From contig JAKJDL010000005.1 in the NCBI GenBank assembly GCA_022705945.1, positions 15,825 to 79,824 of the forward strand: a DNA stretch of 64,000 nt, read 5' to 3'. Shown piece after piece: positions 30,001-38,373 of the stretch. The stretch comes from Candidatus Omnitrophota bacterium (GTDB taxonomy: Bacteria > Omnitrophota > Omnitrophia > Omnitrophales > Aquincolibacteriaceae). Positions within the stretch are counted from its first letter, which is position 1, and every line of letters begins with the position of its first letter. The position numbers were made by a program, and so were the translations under genes. Below the pieces are notes generated by a model, which was not told the DNA's origin, did no database searches, and worked only from the letters and a program-made list of their open reading frames with translations.

Positions 30001-33000
30001 TTGAATCCGTCACAGGACTGCTGATCGCGATCGCACGCGAGCTTATCTTGATCCCCGATAGGGTCTTCCCGGCCGGACATGTGGTTTCGGACGAAATTCT
30101 GGAGCGCGTCATTTTGCTCCTGAAGGTCAGCGGGGAGGCGGCAAGTTCTTATCCTGCCCGTCCCGTCACGCTTGATGAGGCAAGCCTGAAACTTTTCGAG
30201 AGGATGCTCTTTGAAGGCGAAATACCGTCGCAGGATAAGCAGATCGAAGTTTCAGATCGAATGTCGCAAGCGCTGGTTGCGGCGTCCCGTTCCGAGTCCC
30301 GTGCGGGAGAGGACGGTGTTGTGCCGGCACAGACGCGAGGGATTCAGCCCGGGACTGCCCGCGTGAGAGTATGGCGGAAGATCGCGAATGTGTTTGGGAA
30401 AATTCGCGGCGTCCGCGTGTTCAGCAGCGCGGATCCGGCCGCTATCGTGGAAAGTGTCGCGGCTCACCTTCGCAACTGGAACCCTGAAAGGAGCGGCAAG
30501 GTTCTCTTTGTCGCGCGGATGCAAGGTTCAGTGATTCAATTTGCGCTGGCTCCCGAAAGGCCCCGGTTCGGCATTTTAAAGTTAAACATGGATCACGGGT
30601 CGTTAGCCTTGAGTTTACCCAGAAATGAAGATGATCCTGAAGATCATCTTGAGGCTTGGCGATACGGCTACGCGAGCGGCTTTCTGGACTTCACCGACAA
30701 CACATTCGTAATCGTTCCGGACATGCATCTTAAAAATTTGGCGGCGACTAATACGGAAAAGGCAACGGAACTCGAAAAACTTATGTACGTTGTTAACAAG
30801 ATCGTCAGCGGCTCGCTGAAAAGCGCCGGTAAAAATCCGGAAGAATGGAATCTGCCGGGAGAGTATCCTCTGATACGGAGCGAATTGAGGGGGGCTTTGC
30901 CTGCGGTAAAGCCTTTGATCTACGATAAGGAAAAAGAAGAGGAGTTTTATGAGCTGTGGGGCAATCAATTAAAACAGAGCGGAAATCGCGATGCGGATGC
31001 GCTGATTGAAATTGCCCGGAAGCTTCGCCGGGCGCGTCAGGTTATTCCTTATGAGGAGTTTTCACGCGAGATGCGGGAGGTGGGACCGAAGCTCCGGGAT
31101 GCGCTTGAGGGGCGAGGGCAATACGCCGTGATTTGGGGAGAACCTCATACGTCCCGCCGGTGGGCATGGTTTCACATCAAGGAAGGGCTCCGGGAACCGG
31201 CCGCGACAGTTTATGAGAATCAGATTGCCGAGGCTCGCAGCGTCTCGACTTTTGTGATCGTGGATGACGCGAGTTATAGCGGCACCCAAATCAGGGAAAC
31301 GATTGAGAAAATAGCAAAACATAATTCTCGAGCAAATATTATTGTCGCGGTCCCCTACATGACGAAACGGGCGCATTCGGTGATTCGTTCGAGGAAGGGA
31401 CTGCCCGAGGGTGTTTCGATCACGGTTTTGGATCATAAAAATATGCCGACGCTTTCTGAGCTTCTCACGGAAGAAGAGAATAAGCTGGTTGACATGAAGC
31501 GCAAGCCTCAAGAAGAAGAGGATCGGGCGAGTGCGAACAGGCGTTTTTTGGGAAGGGTGTTCATGGGGGGGGGAAGTGGAAAAGAATATGATATCTTCAA
31601 GTATGCCACGGTTACGCTCTTTGAACATAAAATAGCCGATTCCTGGTCGGTTTATCAACGCATCGCACATTTCTTTGATCCTGTGCGGCCGCCCTACAGG
31701 GACAAAGAAAGCGCCTATTATCAGGAAGAATCAAAACAGCTTGCTGACGGAAATGACGGTTCCGCCCGCAGTTCACCTGCGGCAAAACCTCCGAAAGAGT
31801 TTGGGGATGCTGAAAAACCCCGCTCGGAAATCAGGTCGGGAGGTGATAAGGGAGAAAATCCCCTGGAGGATTCCGTTGCGCCGCCCGTTTTTAAAGAGCC
31901 CACCAGTAGACGCACTCCTCAGTTGGCGCGTACAGAGCTCCGCACAGCCGGGCAACTCGAGCTGTTCGGCCCTGCCGAATTGTTACCGCACGGGACGGCT
32001 CGGGTGCGGGTCGATCCGCAAACGGTCATTGAACTGGCCGCGTCGCAGATTCGCGAAGGGGTTGAGCGAAATATTGTAAAATGGGATCCGGAGGCCGGGG
32101 AATACCGCGTGACCGGCCAGAATGCCCGGGACGGCCTTGCTGCCGTTAGGGCCGCCGCGAACCGGCGGGATTTTTCCGTCGGGGGTCAGGATGTAAGCCG
32201 TGAGGCCCTGATTGCGGGAATCCTGACCGGGAATTACATTTATCGGGAGGACCGCGAAGATATCGCTTCCGGAGGCGGTTCCGTCCGTTATTTCACAGCC
32301 CGTCCGGAATCGCGTAATGTGCGGCGCTCGGAAATGCGGCAAAAAAATATTGCGGAGGCACAGAGGCAGAAACTTCTGGATCAAGCCCTGAAGACTGTGG
32401 TCGATCGGGGATTGATGACGAAGGTTCAGGTTGAGCAGGCGCTGAAAGTTTCCGGGATTAAGTGGGTCGGTAAAAAGGAGGGTATGGAGCGTATCGGTCA
32501 GCTTCGCAAAACGGATCACGGCTATCTTGTCGAATTAAGCATGGAATGGGCCCAATTGCCGTACCAAAAAGAGTTCCGGACCGCAGCAAAAAAGGCCCGT
32601 CTCTCGGAGGCGGAACTCCTGGATCTGTTTGAAAATAAACTCGCTTATTCGTTGACGCGGTGTCTGACACAAGTAAGCGTTGAGGAATTCATTCATGCGT
32701 TCCATTTGCCCAAGATCTTTACCCGTGATGGGTCCCTGCCGTCGCGTACGGTCATTTTCCTGAAGGAAACGAGTTTGTTGCGCTCCAGACCCGAAGATGC
32801 CCAAAAGATCTTCCGGTTCGAGAAAGTGGTGGAACTTCTTCTTGCCCAAAGGGAAGGTTCCCCTCTCCGGGAGCTTGTCGAGCGAGGAAATTTTCACAAG
32901 AAACATGTCCGTTACATCGAAATGTTGCGGGAGATTACCGAAGAAGATTTCTATGGCAAGACCTTCCTGGGGGAACCGCTCTGGCTCGGACGCATTGGAA

Positions 33001-36000
33001 AGTTTCTGGATGACATCAAGGGAATCTACCTCACTTTATCCGAGAAACCCCAGGATTCGAGACCTTCAGGGTTGCCCCGCCGGGGTTTGCGTGACATGGG
33101 CGATTTTCTGGAGGTTTTGAGGATCCAACGTTGGCATCGCAACTTTGTTACCCATTGGCTCCCCGTCGAAAGTAGTCCTCACAAAGACTGGACCGTAAAT
33201 GGCACGGCCGACCTGGCAGGCCGGAAAGTTCCCGTGATTGCAAAAAGAAAATTCTCTGATTACTACAGCGCCGGCAATGTGGGAGCAATTCTTTCATCCC
33301 GTTTGCCGGGGAAGAAGACCTTGTTTCTAATGGAAACCCTCCGGAAGATTCATGGGGAATCTTTCGAGCCGAAGGACATTGAGCGCATTTATGTCCGTGC
33401 GCTTGGAGCGGGGACTCTAAAAGCCGGTTTTTATGTTATGGTCGGCACAAGCCGCGGTATTTTTGATTTTGCCCTCCTCTTGCCGCAATCCGAGGACGAT
33501 GATGATCATGTCCCCATCGGGTTTCTTTTGAAGGGGGAACTGGAGGTGCTGGAAAAATCTGCCCAACGTGATCCCGAATTGGGGATCCGGTCCGGAGCTT
33601 ATTTGCCTCCCAAAGGGACGAATCCGGGCGCATTAAGCGTTTCGTACGGGGGACGGGATCTTGAAAAAATGCTCCAGAACAACGATGAGCAGATCCTTCA
33701 AAGCGCTCGCCTCGCATTCCTTGAAAATGCGATCTCCCGTTACATCCGCAACATGTTCCGAATGGGCGGGTACCACATGGTTTCGGATTTTAAGCCGGCT
33801 AATACCGCGCATCTTGATCTCACCGTGCGCATCATTGATTACGGTATCCACTTCTACAGTGAAAAGATCGCCCAAGTTACGTTCATGATCAATACGCTTG
33901 TCGAGGGGAAGAGCGTTCTAGGTAAGGAATGGAGTTACCCGCCGGAAACAGATGACCGACAATATATTTTTAGCGGTATCTTGAAAACCTTTACGGGCAG
34001 TCATAAGCCCAGCGATGCCGACTATGCGTATTATCTCGGGCAAGGACTGGATTTTTTGCGCCAGATATATTCGGATCCGGATGGGGCGCTTACTCCCGCT
34101 TCAAAAAAAGAGTTGGAGAAATTTTTCCGTAACGTCGGGAAGATCGAAGTGACGGATATGTTTACTCCCTTGGCGACGACAGTTTCGGAAGGGGATTTTG
34201 AGGCGGTTGCCCGGGAGGCTGCGGCCTCAAACGCGAAAGAAAAGAGGCCCATTCGTTTTCCGGATGTCCGGAATCTTTCCCTGAAAGGGCAGGATTTGAG
34301 TTATGCACGCCTGGCACAGCGCTCCGGAGTATCAGTCCCCTCGGATTCGGAGAAAATGCCCGTAGGGGATGTGATCCGTGTCCTGGATTATATTTCACAG
34401 GATTATGCCATTCTTCCGGATGAGATCGTTCTGGACGTGCTTGCCGCTTGGGCTCGCCGCTTTCGGGTTAAGATGCCGGAACTTAAAAGCCGGGATCATT
34501 ACCGTGCCTTGATACGGACTTTGCGGGAATCTGCGGAAGCGGTGTCCGCGTCCGGGCGCACTTCGGTCGAGCGTTCAGTTACAGTTAAAGACGAAGATCG
34601 CGATTTCTATCATGAGTTGAGCTCCTTCCAGATCCAAAAGATCTTCGAACGATTCTCCGGCCAGGATGAGGACAAGATCTCGTCCGCCGAATTAGCCATG
34701 ATGCCCTATAGCCTCGAATTTGTACTGCTGGATGTATTGAAAAGCCGGCAAAAAGAGTTCAATCCGGCCCTTTCTGCCGCCTATAAAGCAGCACTCAAAA
34801 AGCAGCAGGCCATTTCTTTGCTGGTTCCCGACGGGACATCGAGTTCTCCCGATTCCCCAATCGCCTCATCCCGCAAAAAAGCTCGCTCGGAAATGCGAGA
34901 AGAAGATATAGCGGAGGCGCAAAGGGAAATTTCTGATCGCGCGGAGGTAACGGACCGAGCGGCCAACGCGAACGCCGGAGAGTATGATCTTCCAGGTCAG
35001 TACGCGGTCTCGGAGAATTTGAAAATGTTTGTAGCGGGTTTAAAGGAACATTATTCAGGACATCTATCCTCTCTTAAAGCGCTAGATCTCGCAACGGGTA
35101 CGGGATCGGTCGCTTTCGCGATGGCCTCTGCCGGTGTTGGCACGATCACCGCTCTGGACATCAACGAAGGTATGCTTAAGAGGGCCCAAAGGTCGTCGTC
35201 GGCTTCACCCAAAGTAGTGTTTCTTCAGGGCGATATCTTTAATGCGCGACAGGTCCTTGAACGTGCGGGTAGGGATACGATCTTCGACCTCATAACGATC
35301 GGATATACGCTTCACGCCTATAAGCCTGAGGACATTACGGAGCTTCTAGCAACGGCTCGCACGATGCTTTCGGAAGGTGGGCGGCTTGCGATTCTTGGCC
35401 GTGGTTTGGATGAGATCTACAACCGGCGAACGATGAGCGATTACCGGAGAATCCTCCAAAAAGCCGGATTCGATTTGATGACGGTCGAAGGCAGCAATCA
35501 CTTTACTCTTTGGGCATCGAGTCGGAGCGAGGAGCCTATTTCGGGCGAGTTAAAGCTTGGGCGTGAATCTCGGAGGAGAACAAACAAACTGCCGGTTCAC
35601 GCGCGGGCGGAGGTGCGGGCGGAGCGTGCTTCAATTAAAGAGGAGTTGAGCGATTTCAGGAGGCGTTTGAAAGCAATCGGAGATCTTCCCGAGGGAGTCC
35701 TTTATCCGAATTCGGACGCGTCTTACCAGATGGTGCGGAACGGGATCGTTCCGGTGATAACCGCGGGGAGCCGGGTTCTGGAAATCGGAACGGGAAGCGG
35801 TGTCGTGCTTGATCTGCTCGCGGATGCCGGGCGAAATCTCGCCGGACTTCATTTTGTAGGGACGGACAAGAACCCCGCCGCTGTGCGAACTGCCCGGCGG
35901 ATGTTACAGAGGTTCGGCAATGTGGAAATTCGGGAGGGGAGTCTGTTTGATCCCGTCATAGGTGAAAAATTCGACGTGATCTTCTGGAATCCTCCCTGGT

Positions 36001-37184
36001 TTGACGGCCAGTGGAAGGACGAAGAAGCCGGTGCGGATATGGTGGACGAGGACTACCGCACCGTCCGCCGTTTTCTTGAAGAGGCTCCGGCCCATTTGAC
36101 GGCGAACGGGAGGATTTTCATTTTGTTTCCGGTGAAATATTTTCCAAAATTAAAATCGCCCTATCCTTTTACTTTGCGCGACAGTTATACGAACGGCAAG
36201 AACCTTAAAATCGGTCTCTTCGAATACGATCCGATGGCGTCCCGGCGGTCGGGCTTCAGCGAATTGCCCAAAACAAAGCGGACCACGTTCGACGCAGGAC
36301 ATGAGCGGCGCTCGGAGGTGAGGCTGAAGGAAGTTAGTGACGGGTTAGAAGGGAAAATTGGAGCGCTGATGTCGGATTTCGGGAACCGGGAGGATCTGCG
36401 AGGGTATATCCTGAGCGATGATTTCCCGAAGGTGCTGCAATCGATGTTCGGGGAATTTGCGGACACGGCTGTTCTTTTGAGGAATATCCGGTTGTTCGTG
36501 AGCGGAATTGAATTGCCGGCCGAGGCCGAGACGAATCCGGAGATTGTCCGCATTCTGCCGTCAGCGATGGCGAAACTGATCCAGTCGCTTTCTGTAATCA
36601 AGGATCACTCTTACACGATCGGGGTGGAAGCCCCGTCATCGGGAGAGAAGACGGTGTTTATGGAACAGCTTCTCTCTGTCCTCTCGCAGCGCGCGGGACT
36701 CGTTAATGAAATCGCCGTGGCGGGACGTCTTGACGGGGAAGGACAAAGCAGTCTCAGGAAGTTGGAGATTGTCGTGCGGCCCGTGATCCCTAACCGTCCG
36801 TTTATCGCGAGGAACAACCAGACCGCTGTGCCGATGGTCGTCAGTTCGGCGGAAGCAGAGATTTCTTCGTTCAACGCGATCTTTCATCCGATCATGTCGG
36901 AGGCTGACGGTATGACTGATCCGTTTGTCCGGGAATATACCGATCTGCTGAAAGTGGTTGCGGCGATCCATCTGGCGGAGCTGACGACGCGAAATTCGAA
37001 ACTGCTAAACCAACCCCAATTGCTCAGAGCCGAACTTTTCAAGAGTCTTAATATCGCGGAGCGCGCGGAACTCCAGAACCTTATTCAAATGAACACCTCG
37101 GGCCGCGGCTTTACGATCTCGAGTGTGGCGGTGAAGATTTTCCTCGAAATGCAGGCCCGCGAGGCGATCCTGCGGGCGGCGTAA
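27030..37184 (+). CDS. Giant (3384 aa) signal-peptide-bearing multi-domain protein: zincin HExxH motif, PRTase-like motif, eukaryotic-like protein-kinase motif set, two class I SAM methyltransferase domains
   Basis: Single uninterrupted ORF. The likely real start is the ATG at 27066 (RBS AAAGGAA; signal peptide MRVIALTVALTFTMSGVAMP). Motifs read directly: 'IMAHELSHC' (HExxH), 'FVIVDDASYSGTQ' (PRPP-binding-like), 'LGAGTLKAG...HMVSDFKPANTAHL...RIIDYG...SYPPE' (kinase), 'LDLATGTGSV...VVFLQGDIF' (MTase motifs I/II), 'VLEIGTGSGVV...FDVIFWNPPWFDG' (NPPW amino-MTase). Confidence 0.7.
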   Translation: MKKITCQKKGMGMRVIALTVALTFTMSGVAMPSPAGSPVAADSVHLPFSIADLTIPAEYGTVRLGPEADGDRGKSGSPSSSIPYSSSRSIILIQDAHAVNDAQENIRRIIDHLQSRQMADLVLLEGAKGKLDPVLLRTYPDARRRTKVASEYLERAELTGAEAAAVLNNAEGSFEGLEDWPLYSENFFAYQAAQDEKSDIHRKLAVFRTELDRKSSLKISASLREFLKYWSDFRSERISLMDLLFYLQRFATLGKKDAGYDELSRLLDSLGYEKSGAGQALEPAVRRIAEEFKSKFTRGLNARDQTNFIMNYQRFMTGQMSAGEMLSYLVRFGAERGHQLKMTPEIRRLLGHSQTLSEIKGSRLFNELNRFLPEAAESLVRSHEELGILRSYEKLFILESLASLELTHEMLLQYQREPEAYLGLTGDPELGKSLVPAIEFYQAALRRDLSFYEKVRRIPAEVRTVVLVAGGFHTNGLERLLRENGESYAVITPKIASLAGAENYFKVMAGDLSYKKYLKTTYYDALMNHAVRKLTESLSEPEFRQTVKLWRDNLIRDLSAKGRITDIGKYTRYLDELNIVYAERFAGELKPRSREDILDFVKVQLEKFKTEALRAARKRFEDQLAGVAPGLRQMTGEKEFGGAAATDRATFGTPLGLAPGNAVLRAEARGANVPEPVVPAAVPGLRTPRTGRELTMLSAVDDLMAKWQKELANDEKNRLGRAGLIRKRLTELERLKRIVNDKEKLTAYLCKFDSPSDLQVRVREGVISRPLPADVRFIYLDPEKWEHQILWELTGHERSVPEGIAWPLIWPDGSSTRFVIVNNREKPAFSEILIMAHELSHCRSNLPTAEMPYFFNRLLEGYQQQNEFETLVEWAELDSDFGRFVKKVLIGELPVGWGVWEWAVRTFSPGTSKEVRYGALRDVLQNVNGYSAEAAMADDVARQFSGGAALGKFFIEKDMSAIRNALGNERARLLERLFEGVKQTGLRGTSLESVTGLLIAIARELILIPDRVFPAGHVVSDEILERVILLLKVSGEAASSYPARPVTLDEASLKLFERMLFEGEIPSQDKQIEVSDRMSQALVAASRSESRAGEDGVVPAQTRGIQPGTARVRVWRKIANVFGKIRGVRVFSSADPAAIVESVAAHLRNWNPERSGKVLFVARMQGSVIQFALAPERPRFGILKLNMDHGSLALSLPRNEDDPEDHLEAWRYGYASGFLDFTDNTFVIVPDMHLKNLAATNTEKATELEKLMYVVNKIVSGSLKSAGKNPEEWNLPGEYPLIRSELRGALPAVKPLIYDKEKEEEFYELWGNQLKQSGNRDADALIEIARKLRRARQVIPYEEFSREMREVGPKLRDALEGRGQYAVIWGEPHTSRRWAWFHIKEGLREPAATVYENQIAEARSVSTFVIVDDASYSGTQIRETIEKIAKHNSRANIIVAVPYMTKRAHSVIRSRKGLPEGVSITVLDHKNMPTLSELLTEEENKLVDMKRKPQEEEDRASANRRFLGRVFMGGGSGKEYDIFKYATVTLFEHKIADSWSVYQRIAHFFDPVRPPYRDKESAYYQEESKQLADGNDGSARSSPAAKPPKEFGDAEKPRSEIRSGGDKGENPLEDSVAPPVFKEPTSRRTPQLARTELRTAGQLELFGPAELLPHGTARVRVDPQTVIELAASQIREGVERNIVKWDPEAGEYRVTGQNARDGLAAVRAAANRRDFSVGGQDVSREALIAGILTGNYIYREDREDIASGGGSVRYFTARPESRNVRRSEMRQKNIAEAQRQKLLDQALKTVVDRGLMTKVQVEQALKVSGIKWVGKKEGMERIGQLRKTDHGYLVELSMEWAQLPYQKEFRTAAKKARLSEAELLDLFENKLAYSLTRCLTQVSVEEFIHAFHLPKIFTRDGSLPSRTVIFLKETSLLRSRPEDAQKIFRFEKVVELLLAQREGSPLRELVERGNFHKKHVRYIEMLREITEEDFYGKTFLGEPLWLGRIGKFLDDIKGIYLTLSEKPQDSRPSGLPRRGLRDMGDFLEVLRIQRWHRNFVTHWLPVESSPHKDWTVNGTADLAGRKVPVIAKRKFSDYYSAGNVGAILSSRLPGKKTLFLMETLRKIHGESFEPKDIERIYVRALGAGTLKAGFYVMVGTSRGIFDFALLLPQSEDDDDHVPIGFLLKGELEVLEKSAQRDPELGIRSGAYLPPKGTNPGALSVSYGGRDLEKMLQNNDEQILQSARLAFLENAISRYIRNMFRMGGYHMVSDFKPANTAHLDLTVRIIDYGIHFYSEKIAQVTFMINTLVEGKSVLGKEWSYPPETDDRQYIFSGILKTFTGSHKPSDADYAYYLGQGLDFLRQIYSDPDGALTPASKKELEKFFRNVGKIEVTDMFTPLATTVSEGDFEAVAREAAASNAKEKRPIRFPDVRNLSLKGQDLSYARLAQRSGVSVPSDSEKMPVGDVIRVLDYISQDYAILPDEIVLDVLAAWARRFRVKMPELKSRDHYRALIRTLRESAEAVSASGRTSVERSVTVKDEDRDFYHELSSFQIQKIFERFSGQDEDKISSAELAMMPYSLEFVLLDVLKSRQKEFNPALSAAYKAALKKQQAISLLVPDGTSSSPDSPIASSRKKARSEMREEDIAEAQREISDRAEVTDRAANANAGEYDLPGQYAVSENLKMFVAGLKEHYSGHLSSLKALDLATGTGSVAFAMASAGVGTITALDINEGMLKRAQRSSSASPKVVFLQGDIFNARQVLERAGRDTIFDLITIGYTLHAYKPEDITELLATARTMLSEGGRLAILGRGLDEIYNRRTMSDYRRILQKAGFDLMTVEGSNHFTLWASSRSEEPISGELKLGRESRRRTNKLPVHARAEVRAERASIKEELSDFRRRLKAIGDLPEGVLYPNSDASYQMVRNGIVPVITAGSRVLEIGTGSGVVLDLLADAGRNLAGLHFVGTDKNPAAVRTARRMLQRFGNVEIREGSLFDPVIGEKFDVIFWNPPWFDGQWKDEEAGADMVDEDYRTVRRFLEEAPAHLTANGRIFILFPVKYFPKLKSPYPFTLRDSYTNGKNLKIGLFEYDPMASRRSGFSELPKTKRTTFDAGHERRSEVRLKEVSDGLEGKIGALMSDFGNREDLRGYILSDDFPKVLQSMFGEFADTAVLLRNIRLFVSGIELPAEAETNPEIVRILPSAMAKLIQSLSVIKDHSYTIGVEAPSSGEKTVFMEQLLSVLSQRAGLVNEIAVAGRLDGEGQSSLRKLEIVVRPVIPNRPFIARNNQTAVPMVVSSAEAEISSFNAIFHPIMSEADGMTDPFVREYTDLLKVVAAIHLAELTTRNSKLLNQPQLLRAELFKSLNIAERAELQNLIQMNTSGRGFTISSVAVKIFLEMQAREAILRAA

Positions 37185-37301
37185 CGTACGTAACGTAATA
37201 GACACGAGGCACACGACGCACGTCTTATGGGCGCAGAGCCGCAGGGGAAAAGAAATTCCATGCGGTGTGCGATGTGCGGCATGTGTGTGGCCGTTTCAGT
37301 G

Positions 37302-37700
37302 TTACGCGGCACCGCCTTTTTCGATCATGATGTAGGTCTCCCAGTGCGGTTTCCAGTCCAGGATAACGCGGATGTGGAGCAGGGAATTCTCTTTCACGAC
37401 GAGACTTGGCGGGAACGCGTGCTTGTGCCAGCGGAAAAGGACGCTGTTCGTGACCGGTTCGATATCCATCGGCGAGGTCTTCACGAGTTGACCGTCCGGC
37501 AGTTCGTATTCCAGCACTTCTTTATGGAATTTCCTGTCCTTGCGCCAACACGTTACGGCATAGATCCGGTCGAAGTGGTGAGGGAACGAAGGAACATGAA
37601 TGTTGCTCAGAAGGCCGTCGGCTTTGTAGGTGTCCTGCGGGCCGGAATCAAAGCTCCGGCATATCATGAATTGTAAGAGGCGGATCGAATCGGTTTCCAT
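37302..37700 (-). CDS. Hypothetical protein (132 aa), convergent with the giant gene
   Basis: Minus-strand ORF with protein-like composition. The overlapping + strand ORF 37227..37676 is less protein-like. No motif recognised. Confidence 0.35.
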   Translation of the reverse strand: METDSIRLLQFMICRSFDSGPQDTYKADGLLSNIHVPSFPHHFDRIYAVTCWRKDRKFHKEVLEYELPDGQLVKTSPMDIEPVTNSVLFRWHKHAFPPSLVVKENSLLHIRVILDWKPHWETYIMIEKGGAA

Positions 37701-38373
37701 GGGTGTGCATACTAATGAAAACAGGGGCCGTTTTCAAGAAGAGTGAAGGGAGAATCGGCTGCCGCCGGCCGATTATGCTTGTTGAAGCGCCTCTTATAAA
37801 TGGCAGGAGCCAAATTTAATTCGCGAAATGCGGCACAGTCTTTCGGCCGGGGAGGTCCACAAACTTCTTGAGGCGGATCCCGGCAAGAGGTTGTCTGCGT
37901 CCTTCTTGCGGCAGTGCTGATCACGCCCGCGCTCAAGGAATTTATCGGGAACGGGATGATTTTCACCGTTATCCCGATCAATCCCGGCGTCGGATTCATT
38001 CAAGAGGCCAAGTTGCCGGCGCCGTTCCGGAATCTTTCGGAGATTTGTAACGGATTTTGACCGTTTTTTGCCCCTTTTCTCTTGAAAAATCTTTGTTCCC
38101 GTCATAGAATACGCTTCCGTTTGTACAACCTGATGTTCTTGCCCGAAGTTGTTCTCAACGACCTTGGTAGTCGAGGATTGCCCTGTCAGCGGATTGTCCG
38201 GCAGGTTTACCGGACCCCGCAATTGCGAGATCGTTTTGACCGTATGGAAAACACCGCGGGCGAGGCGTGTAGCTTCCGTTTCTGAACATGAAATGCAATA
38301 ACGCATTCAATCTTGTAGAAAGGCACCCATGACACCTCAAACGTTGGAAAAAGATCAATCCGGAGCCAAAAAA

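Noticed and set aside
37227-37676. A 149-aa + strand ORF downstream of the giant gene.
   Set aside because: Its composition is Arg/Val/His-rich and odd. It overlaps a more protein-like minus-strand ORF. Neither has a motif. Only the minus ORF was kept, at low confidence.
37794-38306. A 170-aa minus-strand ORF in the roughly 630-bp region upstream of PFOR.
   Set aside because: No RBS or motif was found. The region is more plausibly the PFOR promoter and leader. It is left unannotated.
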